Positions 18,306 to 27,305 of a stretch of 64,000 bases of DNA are shown piece by piece; position 1 is the stretch's first letter; each line of letters opens with the position of its first letter. The notes beneath the pieces are model-generated. The model saw nothing but the letters and a program-made list of their open reading frames with translations, was not told the origin of the DNA and ran no database searches. Origin of the DNA: a virus (lineage: Duplodnaviria > Caudoviricetes); the IMG/VR virus record IMGVR_UViG_3300008954_000001; one strand, 5' to 3'. The position numbers were made by a program, and so were the translations under genes.

Positions 18306-20222
18306 TTAGAAGATATACCATTCCAGCAAGCCATCCTCGGTCAAACCAGCAGAAATAATTTGCACCGCTGCACGATTTTTTAAGATCAAGTCGTTCGGGT
18401 TGCCATTAATTGTGGAAGTGTCCCCTTCCAGTGCCTTGGGCCGCACCAAAACCCGCCCCAAACCAGTTTCATCTGTAATGAAAAAGCGGCGACCTTCGGT
18501 AACTTCCTCCTCCAAGTGTGGCAAAACGACAACATGATCGGTATCTGTTTCGGTTTTCACACCAATATAGATATCTTCGGGTTGGCAAGTGTGGCTCCCT
18601 TCAACCACCGTGCGGGGAATGTTGTGTAGTCCAACCGCAGTAAGGGAACTAACCAGAACTTCTACGGCGGATAGCCGCACTTCAGCCTCGGCCAATGAGG
18701 TTTGGAGGGCCAAGATTTCAGCTTGCGCTGTGTTGAGTTCATTACCAAGAACAGTTTCGAGTGAGGTCAGGTCGTCATCAAAGGCGAGCTTGTTTTCGTC
18801 AACATGCACCCGACCCGCCACATCAGACCAAACAGAGGGTTCGGTGTTTACGGGTGGTTGGGCTTCTTGATGGGTCAGTCGAACAGCCCCATCAATAACG
18901 ATGTTCCCCGTCTCCACATGCTCTGGCATTTCAACGGAAGAGACACGCAAACTCGGTACGCCCATTGTGGGGTCGTAGCTGTACTGACCCGTAAGCTCCG
19001 AATGGAGGATATGTGTTTCCCCTCCCAATTCTGGATTGAGAGTTGAAGGGTCAACCAAAAGAGAGGTGGTTGTTGAAATGAGCTTGGAGTTCGAGACGGA
19101 TAGGGTTCCTGATGAGTGGATCGCCGCCCCGTCTACATGAAGGGAAGTGATTGTGGATCGCCGCACATTAGCTGTGGCGGCCCCGTCAAAAATATGAATC
19201 CCTTCCGCACCATCAATCGTACAGTTGTCTACGAAGACTTCGCCGCTCCCATGAACAGCCAACGCACACCGACCGGCATTAGCATCTGCGATATTAGTTA
19301 GGGTAGTGCCTTGAAGGGTTGCTGTACCCCCCAAAACTTCTACGCACGGCCCTTGTGAAGCCCCGTTTGCATAACGAACCACATGACATTGGATAAGGTT
19401 TACGGGGCCATCTATGGAGAGGAACCCTTCTTCCATCGCCACATCTTCAGAGTAAAATGTGATTCCGTGGAACCATCCGCCCGCTAACTGGTGCATTTCT
19501 CCTTCGGCGGTGTTTTCAATTTTCACCACACCTTTTGAAGGCATCCCGATTAGATTGATCCCTACAGGAACATTCAAATCCTCAACATATCGGCCAGGTC
19601 GGAGCACAATCGTCCAAGTGTTGTCGATGTCTGCACCAATACCGCCAACACCGCCCGCAACAGCGAAATCCACGGCCTCTTGAATACTATAGAAATCAGC
19701 GTGGCCTTCGGCGGTTTCGGTGTTCTGATCGTTTTCGCTATCTTTCCCACGGTTTGCGTCTACATAAAGAAGCCGCCCACTGGCCGAAAGCCGTGACACA
19801 TGGGCCAGCAATTCCCTCAAGTTGTGGTTTTGATCTAAAGCCCAACCCGCACCCGTCGCATCAGAAGGGATCGTTGAGTCCCCCATCTGTTCGCCACCAG
19901 CGACTAACTTGAGAGATCCAAACTTTGTGAGTGACCGTAAGCGCAAATACTGCTGATCTTCGGCTTCCGTGCCGGGATCTACCACCAAGCGAATAAGGTA
20001 CGGACCTTCGTTGTCTACCGTAAACTCACAGTAGTTATCAGCGACCGTCAGTTCGGCTTCTGACTCGTTCGGGGTGTAGGCAAGCTCCCAAGAGTATTCA
20101 AATAGAGCGGCATCGTCAGACGTACAACGAACCACATCCCCCGTGCGTAAATCATCTCGACTACTACCAAGGGTTGCTGTCGTTTCATCCCCATTCAACA
20201 TTGTCTGAATATTAGCTGCCAT
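18306..20222 (-). CDS. Tailspike-like protein with parallel beta-helix (pectate-lyase-like, possible depolymerase), 638 aa
   Basis: LLYVDANRGKD...FYSIQEAVDFA...TIVLRPGRYVED is a typical beta-helix entry motif, followed by beta-rich repeats. PKD/Ig-like N-terminus, a coiled coil, and a gp9/gp10-like C-terminal domain. Confidence 0.7.
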   Translation of the reverse strand: MAANIQTMLNGDETTATLGSSRDDLRTGDVVRCTSDDAALFEYSWELAYTPNESEAELTVADNYCEFTVDNEGPYLIRLVVDPGTEAEDQQYLRLRSLTKFGSLKLVAGGEQMGDSTIPSDATGAGWALDQNHNLRELLAHVSRLSASGRLLYVDANRGKDSENDQNTETAEGHADFYSIQEAVDFAVAGGVGGIGADIDNTWTIVLRPGRYVEDLNVPVGINLIGMPSKGVVKIENTAEGEMHQLAGGWFHGITFYSEDVAMEEGFLSIDGPVNLIQCHVVRYANGASQGPCVEVLGGTATLQGTTLTNIADANAGRCALAVHGSGEVFVDNCTIDGAEGIHIFDGAATANVRRSTITSLHVDGAAIHSSGTLSVSNSKLISTTTSLLVDPSTLNPELGGETHILHSELTGQYSYDPTMGVPSLRVSSVEMPEHVETGNIVIDGAVRLTHQEAQPPVNTEPSVWSDVAGRVHVDENKLAFDDDLTSLETVLGNELNTAQAEILALQTSLAEAEVRLSAVEVLVSSLTAVGLHNIPRTVVEGSHTCQPEDIYIGVKTETDTDHVVVLPHLEEEVTEGRRFFITDETGLGRVLVRPKALEGDTSTINGNPNDLILKNRAAVQIISAGLTEDGLLEWYIF

Positions 20223-20234
20223 CTCTCCGCTCCA

Positions 20235-21755
20235 CTACAGATAAAATTGATCTGATACGTTCTCAGACTCTACACGTTTGGGAAGGGTAGCTCCGAGCCG
20301 ATCCACCCCCACTTCGTAGTCCTGAACATCAACTTGGTAAGGCATCCACGGACGGATTTCGAGAATCGATTGAGCGATCTGAAGCTCATGCGACTCCCAC
20401 GGCCCCTTTCCTGGCAAGCCGCCTTTGATCCCAAGCACCATCTCAATCCGATATTGGCCTTTATTTGGACCCTCTAAAAACTCGAAAATCTCATCCTCAA
20501 CAATCGTACCCAAGTCCACATTTTCGCTGGTCCCAAGGTATTCCATCGACTGATCTTGCACTTTCCCATCCGTCACCACAGCGAAACCGACCAGCCCAGT
20601 TGGGATGGTTTTATAGGCTCGACCAACACTATCTGTAGGATAGGGAAGCCTATGGACCTCCTTCACGGCATACTTGCCCTTGTTGGGGCCAGATGAGATT
20701 TCTATGGGTGACCCTGGCAAAACGCTGAGAAAGTCCTTGTGGGGGTCAATTAGAAAACCTTTATTAGTTTCGGAGGTTTTAGCCTCTCCAGTGATGCTTT
20801 TCGCACCTCTCCAATTCTTGCGTAAATCTTCATACTTCCATGAGAAATAATCCCATGTCGGGTCGTCCTGAAAGACTTCTCCAAAGAACTCCACGAACAT
20901 ATGCCGATACTGGTACAGCAGATGGGCGGGCTTTAGGGCTTTCAGGATCAGTTTAATGTTGTGCTGAAGAATAAACGGGGCTTCGGGAAACTCTTGAACA
21001 TAGTCGTGGGTGTGTTCAGTACGGTCAGCGGCCACATACGGTTGGATCACGAAATCCGTAACGGTGTGGCAATGGTAATCCTCCGACCCATCTGAAGAAT
21101 AAACCCCATAGGTTTTGCCGTTCCCTTCCGAATTCACTCGGATACGGTGCCAGTGGTCGTCCTCTTGCCCTGTGTGTTTGAGAGCAACCGCATTGACCTC
21201 GATTTCAAACTGATCTTCTAAACCGACCCCCGACCCTGGTTTCCGCTCAAAGGCTACGGTTTCGACAATATCCACACCAAGATCCGCTAAGAGGCCAACA
21301 CCTTCTTCCACAGGATCTTTTCGGGAACCTTCCAGCAACAGAACAACCATCTCTCGGAGAAAGTCTCGCATGGAGATATCTCCATCGAGTTCAATCAATT
21401 CTGAATGTGGACGCATAGAATCGGGGAAAACCACCCGACCAAGGATCTGATAAAGAAATTCGGACCTCGTAAGGTCGAACTTCATATCATCCACATTTAG
21501 CTCCATCTCAACTTGGAATTCCGCAAGCTGTTTGGCTATGGCCCTAAAAAGATTGGAGTACAGCGGTCCCTGAACCTGTGAAACATAGTTTGATGGCAAG
21601 CGTTTCAGGAACAGCCGCATAATGGCATCCTCAATCGCCCGCCTTCTTACGTTTGAGGTTTGGCCCTCTGGTGTAATTTGAGCGGGGTTTTCAACCCTGC
21701 TCAAAAGACGATTTCCTACATACCGAGGCTTCTTTTTGTCATCATCGTAAGCCAT
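20235..21755 (-). CDS. Baseplate wedge protein, P2 gpI/Mu gp48-like, 506 aa
   Basis: Directly follows the baseplate J-like gene (TAATG overlap). LPSNY...LFRAIAKQLAE N-terminus and IKLILKALKPAH motif are typical of this family. Confidence 0.75.
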   Translation of the reverse strand: MAYDDDKKKPRYVGNRLLSRVENPAQITPEGQTSNVRRRAIEDAIMRLFLKRLPSNYVSQVQGPLYSNLFRAIAKQLAEFQVEMELNVDDMKFDLTRSEFLYQILGRVVFPDSMRPHSELIELDGDISMRDFLREMVVLLLEGSRKDPVEEGVGLLADLGVDIVETVAFERKPGSGVGLEDQFEIEVNAVALKHTGQEDDHWHRIRVNSEGNGKTYGVYSSDGSEDYHCHTVTDFVIQPYVAADRTEHTHDYVQEFPEAPFILQHNIKLILKALKPAHLLYQYRHMFVEFFGEVFQDDPTWDYFSWKYEDLRKNWRGAKSITGEAKTSETNKGFLIDPHKDFLSVLPGSPIEISSGPNKGKYAVKEVHRLPYPTDSVGRAYKTIPTGLVGFAVVTDGKVQDQSMEYLGTSENVDLGTIVEDEIFEFLEGPNKGQYRIEMVLGIKGGLPGKGPWESHELQIAQSILEIRPWMPYQVDVQDYEVGVDRLGATLPKRVESENVSDQFYL

Positions 21756-24700
21756 TAGTAGCTCCTACCTCGATAAGACACGTCTGTGGGCTGATCCTCG
21801 TCAAATGACAGAGTGATCTCACCAATCTCGAAATAAGAGGACGGACTACACTGCAAATCCGAAACACCGCTATCCCCTGCACTTGCATAGGTAGCGGTGA
21901 AGGAATGGTCTAAAGGAGAAGCCCCTACGGGTAAGCTGATCAGGATCTTATTGCCCGTAAGCTCTTTGCGACGGGCTGCGATTTCTTCATCGGTCACATA
22001 GCCTTGCGCTCGAATCGTCACATCGTCCGAATAGTTCGGGATCGGGAGGCCGTTTTCGCCAATGATATAAGACTGATCTACTTGACCCCCAATAAGTTGA
22101 GGGAACACATCAATTAGGTCCGTTGAAAAACCGTCCTTCTCAATCATCCTATAAACGCCATACTCTGCCCCACCTCCCACAGTGGTCGTGTGGTTCAAAG
22201 TCTCGTGGAGAAGGAATACGCTTGCCCCCCCAGTTGACCAATCAAGAAGAAGGGAATGGTCGCCCGCTTGGTCGGAAGCCAAGCTCTCTTGGATAACGTA
22301 GGAGCCGTCCGATAAGGTCATCTTCGTCATTGGTAAAACGACATAAGAGACACCTGCCGCACTATCAATCGCCTCTACAACATCAGATTGACGGATAGGG
22401 TCGCCCATTTGCAGCCCCGCAAACAGGGTTGCCAGCGAGTACCTAACAGATGCGTCTACGGTCGATGCCGCTTGCCCTCTTGTCGTAACTACCGTGGCCG
22501 AAATGTCTACTTGGATTGGGATCGATTCTTTGATCAAGACATCGGCGGCGAGATGTTTCATCCCATCGATAGTCTCTTGGGTAGTCGCAACGATTAGGTT
22601 GCTTGTGTATTTCACCGTAAAGTTCTCATCGTGCTTATAGCTGATGAGAACGGTGTCTCCATCCCCGATTTCTTGTCCTTCAATACGCTTGATCGCTATG
22701 GGAGTGGTTTGATCCCCTTCTATGATTGTGTAGTCGAAAACCCCAGACGGATCATAAGGGCCTCGGTATTCGGTCGCCCCGTCCTCAGATGTGACTTTAA
22801 TGGTTAGATTGATCCCACCAAGGTTCGAGAGGTATTCGATATACTCCCCGACCAAAACATGAGACTCATCCTCCACCTCAATCAGTTCGCCCGTGGGTAC
22901 AACAACATCTTCGCTGGCTTCCACAGGGGCAGTGACTTGAACGTAGTCCCCCGCTTCGGCAGAGAACCCCAAAGTAGTTGGGGGAGTCGCACGAGTAAGG
23001 GTGTACACACTGGGATCAAGCTCACCCGCAACTGTGCCCGTCATCGAAAGGATATCAGACACCGGCTGCCGCCCGAAAACATAGGCGGAACCCGTTCGGT
23101 AGCGATAATCCCCCAACACCACATCCCCGAAATCGACCGATGGCTGGTCAATATCTGTCGAAAGCGTGATGACGTTGTACGAAGAGATTTCTACATCAGT
23201 GAGGTCGAAGTATTCCCCCGTGGAAGCGTTTACTAACCCCAACTTAGGAACTTCATAGTTCAGCATTTCCATAAGCGGATTCTCAAGGGACAGATTGTCG
23301 TCAAGAACACGGAATGTCAGACTGTCTAAATGGACCAATTCAAACTGAACGTCCTGTTTCGTCTCGAAAGTGAACGCAAAAGTATCTGCTATGTTGGTGT
23401 CTGTGGTCCCTCGGACCCACACATCCACCTTTCCTCCCAAATGTTTATTGTAATCGGGATCAAAGTCCCGCCTCATCAGGTCATCCCCCGCAGCCACGCA
23501 AAGGGCTTCTTGCACCCCTGCGATTGAAGCAACCGCTTGGTAGTAGCCTCGTTTTGTGCCTGTATCGATTGAGGCTATTTTTACGAGAGTTCGATTTGCC
23601 AGAACACCATTTGATTCGCCCGAAGCCCCCCCATAAGTGGGGGCATCATTAGTCACAGAAAGCCCTTGGATTGGAGTGGTGCTAAGTTCACCGGAATTTA
23701 GGTTCCCGCCCTCTCCGGTATTCAAAGCGACGACCCCCACCTTGACGGAATACCGCTTAGTGGTGGGGTCGTAGTACGAAGAGGCATCCTCATAAGGGAT
23801 AGAAGCGGAAGATGTTGTTAAAAAGGTTGTAGAACCCCCCTTCACTCTTGATCCCAATGGGATGAATAGGGTTGTGAGCACTTCAGATGTATAAAAAGTG
23901 GCTTCGCCCCTTGCTTTCAACCCGCTCCTTCGAGCGACCCCATAATTTGCTGCCATCTTATCAAAACACCCGTCGATCAGCGGCTGCACTGCTTCGGGCG
24001 ATCCGAAATGGAAAGCGTTTGCTAATGCGGTTTTATATGGGGACTCCGACGCTTGGATGCTGGAACCAACTCCAAAAGGGTCATCGATTTCCAGCAAGGT
24101 ATGAAAAGACGAGGATCGGTGAAGAAAGTCCACCAACATTCGGATTCGTTGAGCTTCGCTAATGTAGGGGTCAACAATCACATCCCGCAAAATGGTCCCC
24201 GGATGAAAAGAGACATCTGGGTTCGCTAAATAGATGTTCGCCGCCACATCAGACAGAAGCATCTCTTTAGTGACGGTGGGGATAAGTCCTGATTGAGCAA
24301 GAACGGGCTGTGGTTTGGCTTCCACTTCAACGGAATATGCGGACTCATATTCAACCCCGTTCGGGTCCATATAGACCGATGTCGCCACATAATAGAGAGG
24401 ATCAGCATCTTCCGTAGCGAGAAAGTCATTGTTAGAAATCGTTGCGGGCGTGTTGTTTGGGCCGCCTGTGCGGGAATGGGCAAAAGAGTAGTTATTCGTT
24501 CGTGTGTACTTCTCCACTTTCATCTGCAACCGCAGCTTATCCATGAGGTCGTCTACAACCATGACCTCATCCACTTCTCGTGAAATCACCTCTTGTGTTC
24601 CAAAATCTGCTTGTTGTGCGATGATTTGAAGCACCTGAGGAGACTTCAAAAGATTTCCGTCCTCATCTCGTGTGACTTCCATGTCCACATCCATTGAGGC

Positions 24701-25240
24701 CAATTCGGTTCCATAGCGGTTAACTTCGGGAAGGGTCACCAAGTTCAAGTTGATCTTTGTGTACCCCGCATCTCCACCCCCCGAAACGGTTGAGCAGTAA
24801 AAGTTGTAGCCAAGCAACCCTGTGCGATCCTCTGGCCCTTCAACCAAAACTCTTACAAAAGCCTGATAAGACTCGACTCTGACACCACTTGGGGGAGGAG
24901 GAGGCTCTCGGAGGGTGTCGGGGCCAACTAATATTAGATTGATTTCCCCAAGATCCGAATGCTGACCCTTTAGGTTAGTGGCCCGCACAATAACCGTATT
25001 GTCGCCGGGAAATAGATCCAACCCTCCAATATAGGCTTCTGGGTTGGGGACTACGAAACCACCCTTCGTAAAGGAGATCAGGTCGGGGCTTGATACGAAG
25101 GCTTTCCCTCGAACGGAAACTTCTAAGTCAACTGTGTTCTCTTCATCGTAGGTTCCAGTGATGAAACGGCTTTCAACAGTTGTTGAAAGAGCCGTCTTAG
25201 ATAGATACTGGCCGTTCGGCATTAGAAAATAGATGGCCAT
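21755..25240 (-). CDS. Baseplate J/gp47/T4 gp6-like wedge protein with N-terminal Ig/FN3-like extension, 1161 aa
   Basis: PGTILRDVIVDP, FDKMAANYGVARRSGLKARGEATF, VVALNTGEGGN and VTNDAPTYGGASGESNGVLANR are characteristic baseplate J motifs. Confidence 0.9.
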   Translation of the reverse strand: MAIYFLMPNGQYLSKTALSTTVESRFITGTYDEENTVDLEVSVRGKAFVSSPDLISFTKGGFVVPNPEAYIGGLDLFPGDNTVIVRATNLKGQHSDLGEINLILVGPDTLREPPPPPSGVRVESYQAFVRVLVEGPEDRTGLLGYNFYCSTVSGGGDAGYTKINLNLVTLPEVNRYGTELASMDVDMEVTRDEDGNLLKSPQVLQIIAQQADFGTQEVISREVDEVMVVDDLMDKLRLQMKVEKYTRTNNYSFAHSRTGGPNNTPATISNNDFLATEDADPLYYVATSVYMDPNGVEYESAYSVEVEAKPQPVLAQSGLIPTVTKEMLLSDVAANIYLANPDVSFHPGTILRDVIVDPYISEAQRIRMLVDFLHRSSSFHTLLEIDDPFGVGSSIQASESPYKTALANAFHFGSPEAVQPLIDGCFDKMAANYGVARRSGLKARGEATFYTSEVLTTLFIPLGSRVKGGSTTFLTTSSASIPYEDASSYYDPTTKRYSVKVGVVALNTGEGGNLNSGELSTTPIQGLSVTNDAPTYGGASGESNGVLANRTLVKIASIDTGTKRGYYQAVASIAGVQEALCVAAGDDLMRRDFDPDYNKHLGGKVDVWVRGTTDTNIADTFAFTFETKQDVQFELVHLDSLTFRVLDDNLSLENPLMEMLNYEVPKLGLVNASTGEYFDLTDVEISSYNVITLSTDIDQPSVDFGDVVLGDYRYRTGSAYVFGRQPVSDILSMTGTVAGELDPSVYTLTRATPPTTLGFSAEAGDYVQVTAPVEASEDVVVPTGELIEVEDESHVLVGEYIEYLSNLGGINLTIKVTSEDGATEYRGPYDPSGVFDYTIIEGDQTTPIAIKRIEGQEIGDGDTVLISYKHDENFTVKYTSNLIVATTQETIDGMKHLAADVLIKESIPIQVDISATVVTTRGQAASTVDASVRYSLATLFAGLQMGDPIRQSDVVEAIDSAAGVSYVVLPMTKMTLSDGSYVIQESLASDQAGDHSLLLDWSTGGASVFLLHETLNHTTTVGGGAEYGVYRMIEKDGFSTDLIDVFPQLIGGQVDQSYIIGENGLPIPNYSDDVTIRAQGYVTDEEIAARRKELTGNKILISLPVGASPLDHSFTATYASAGDSGVSDLQCSPSSYFEIGEITLSFDEDQPTDVSYRGRSY

Positions 25241-26320
25241 TTAGAAACTCCCCATCGAATTGACTACCACACCATCCCTACGAACTAATGCGGATGCGCC
25301 CGGTGCCGTATAAACAATACTTATTGTCACGGGGGCACCCGAATAGTTTTGAACTACGACATTACACAAGTAAGTAGTGGGGTCTTTTCGGTGCTGCTGC
25401 ACTCGAACATCCACCACTCGATACAACCGCTCTTTCGTAGTCACGCTTTGGTATTTCGCTTGTTGGGCTTGGATATCCTTATGGGTCTCCAACACTCGGT
25501 TGATCTCATCCGAAATTACACCCCCAACAGAAGCGTTGCCCTTTTTACCGACCATCTTCATGATCTGAGAGCCATACCAACGGTGCTGAAGGTTTGACCC
25601 TAAATCTGTAAGCAGAGCCTTTAAGCAGGATTGATACAGATGATCCTCATCTCGAATCATTTGAAAATGGCCCGCCGCATCCACTCGAACATCATTCTCA
25701 ACTCTCGTTGCCATACATCTGCGACACCGATTAGCTTCCGTTGTGTAAGTCACCTCAAAACGGTTGTTATTCCGCTGTTTTACGGGATAGAAAAACCGAG
25801 GATAAGATACTGTCATGTACCCGTCTCGAAGCCCGATACCCCACGGGGGGGCGATTTCTTGCCCCGAACTGGCCCGCTGACCACTAAAACCTAAGGTCTC
25901 TAAAGACGATCCCGAAAGGGAGATTCGGCTTCCAACACCAAGCTGGAGACGATCCTCAAACAAAAGACGACCCCCTTCGTCGGACACCACCACCCCACCA
26001 AATAGCTTGCCTAAAGTATGGGCGAGATCCTTCGTCGTATGTAGCCCAACATCCAGTTCGACTTCCTTAGTCATGCCCATGTAGGTAATCCCAAACACTC
26101 TCGCATCTGGATAGACCCGATAGGCCCCTGGAGCACCTGCGAGCAATCTTGCGGGTGTTTGTAGCCCTTCTGGTGGGATCTCTCGGTCATTCATATAAAC
26201 CTTCACACCCCCCACCACTGTATGTGAGGTCTGGAGAGTCACCCCGTCTGATGAGAGCAGCACTGGCTCTCGAATCATCTCATGGGGGCAAGCAAAGGCT
26301 AATTGAAATTCAATGGACAT
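25241..26320 (-). CDS. gp25/GpW-like baseplate wedge protein with N-terminal extension, about 359 aa
   Basis: C-terminal QSCLKALLTDLGSNLQHRWYGSQI...EINRVL...LYRVVDVRV...YLCNVVVQN matches the gp25/W pattern. Upstream of the J-like gene. ATG at 26320 chosen for RBS AGAGGAAG (ORF track starts at 26341). Confidence 0.8.
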   Translation of the reverse strand: MSIEFQLAFACPHEMIREPVLLSSDGVTLQTSHTVVGGVKVYMNDREIPPEGLQTPARLLAGAPGAYRVYPDARVFGITYMGMTKEVELDVGLHTTKDLAHTLGKLFGGVVVSDEGGRLLFEDRLQLGVGSRISLSGSSLETLGFSGQRASSGQEIAPPWGIGLRDGYMTVSYPRFFYPVKQRNNNRFEVTYTTEANRCRRCMATRVENDVRVDAAGHFQMIRDEDHLYQSCLKALLTDLGSNLQHRWYGSQIMKMVGKKGNASVGGVISDEINRVLETHKDIQAQQAKYQSVTTKERLYRVVDVRVQQHRKDPTTYLCNVVVQNYSGAPVTISIVYTAPGASALVRRDGVVVNSMGSF

Positions 26321-26348
26321 ACACTTCCTCTGTCTGACCATAGGAAGC

Positions 26349-26353
26349 TATAG
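26349..26353 (-). promoter_or_regulatory. CTATA motif, candidate late-promoter core
   Basis: In the 26321-26366 spacer. Confidence 0.3.
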
Positions 26354-26366
26354 AGAAACCAACCAA

Positions 26367-27302
26367 TCACTCGTCATCGTCCACGGGTGGGGCGGCCAGA
26401 TTGTTGATCACCTCAATCCTGTTTTCCCCTTCCAGCCTCATCCATGGGGTTGTCCCACCTACCCAATCTTCACTTCCATCCTGTCGATCCAACATCAGGA
26501 AGTCATAGTGGCCTTCCTTGTAACTCTCTGGATTCGCCCTTCCGATGATGGGAATGTCCTCCTCATCCACATCGAAAAGGATGCGGTCCAAAATATTTAT
26601 GTGGTGTTGTAACGTATAGGCACTGGCCCACTCTTGTGGGAGCGGCAACCCCTCAAGCAGGTTTGCAAGGCAGGACTTCAATCGGACCTTCCTCTCGTTT
26701 CGTAGCTGCTCCGCCAAGTCCATCAACTTCACGATCCGCCACTCTAAATTTTGCCTTTTTTCACGAATCGCCTGAGATGCCCAAGCACGGGAATTCACAA
26801 CATGCTCCGCTACGATTTCGGCTTTATCCCAAACCATCACCTTCCCAATACGGAGTCGGGGGTTCTTGCCGTAAATGATCTCCCCACCAGTATCGAATCC
26901 CGCACCAGGGTTTTGACGAGTCCTTACTGTGATCAGCCCTCCGTAGGGTTCAAGATATTTCATCGTAACGGCCCCCTCATCGTCTTCCTCGAAAACCACC
27001 CCGTTTTCGGGATCAAGGAACAAGGAGATATCAAAAGGGTTCCCACCTTGAGCGATATACGCTCTCATAAGTTTTGCTAAAGTGGATTTTGGTGGAAAGG
27101 CCGCTACACCGATTCGAGTTTCCGTAGCGTGAATATCCTCAGTGTCTTTTTCCCAAAGCATAACAATGGAACCAATGCGATTGATCTCTTGAGTACACTG
27201 CTCCAAGTGTTGGTCTACATTACGGAGTTCTTGGAGAAGAAATCGGCGTAGAGCAATCCAATCGCCCATCCGAAACACACCAAGCCAACTGAAAGAAGCC
27301 AT
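26367..27302 (-). CDS. Hypothetical helical protein in the baseplate block, 311 aa
   Basis: Long ORF in the operon with amphipathic helices (LRRFLLQELRNVDQHLEQC; LEWRIVKLMDLAEQLRNER). No family recognised. Confidence 0.8.
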   Translation of the reverse strand: MASFSWLGVFRMGDWIALRRFLLQELRNVDQHLEQCTQEINRIGSIVMLWEKDTEDIHATETRIGVAAFPPKSTLAKLMRAYIAQGGNPFDISLFLDPENGVVFEEDDEGAVTMKYLEPYGGLITVRTRQNPGAGFDTGGEIIYGKNPRLRIGKVMVWDKAEIVAEHVVNSRAWASQAIREKRQNLEWRIVKLMDLAEQLRNERKVRLKSCLANLLEGLPLPQEWASAYTLQHHINILDRILFDVDEEDIPIIGRANPESYKEGHYDFLMLDRQDGSEDWVGGTTPWMRLEGENRIEVINNLAAPPVDDDE

Positions 27303-27305
27303 TTG

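Noticed and set aside
1-20222. Diversity-generating retroelement or invertible fibre cassette
   Set aside because: No reverse transcriptase, invertase, template/variable repeat pair or flanking inverted repeats seen in this window.
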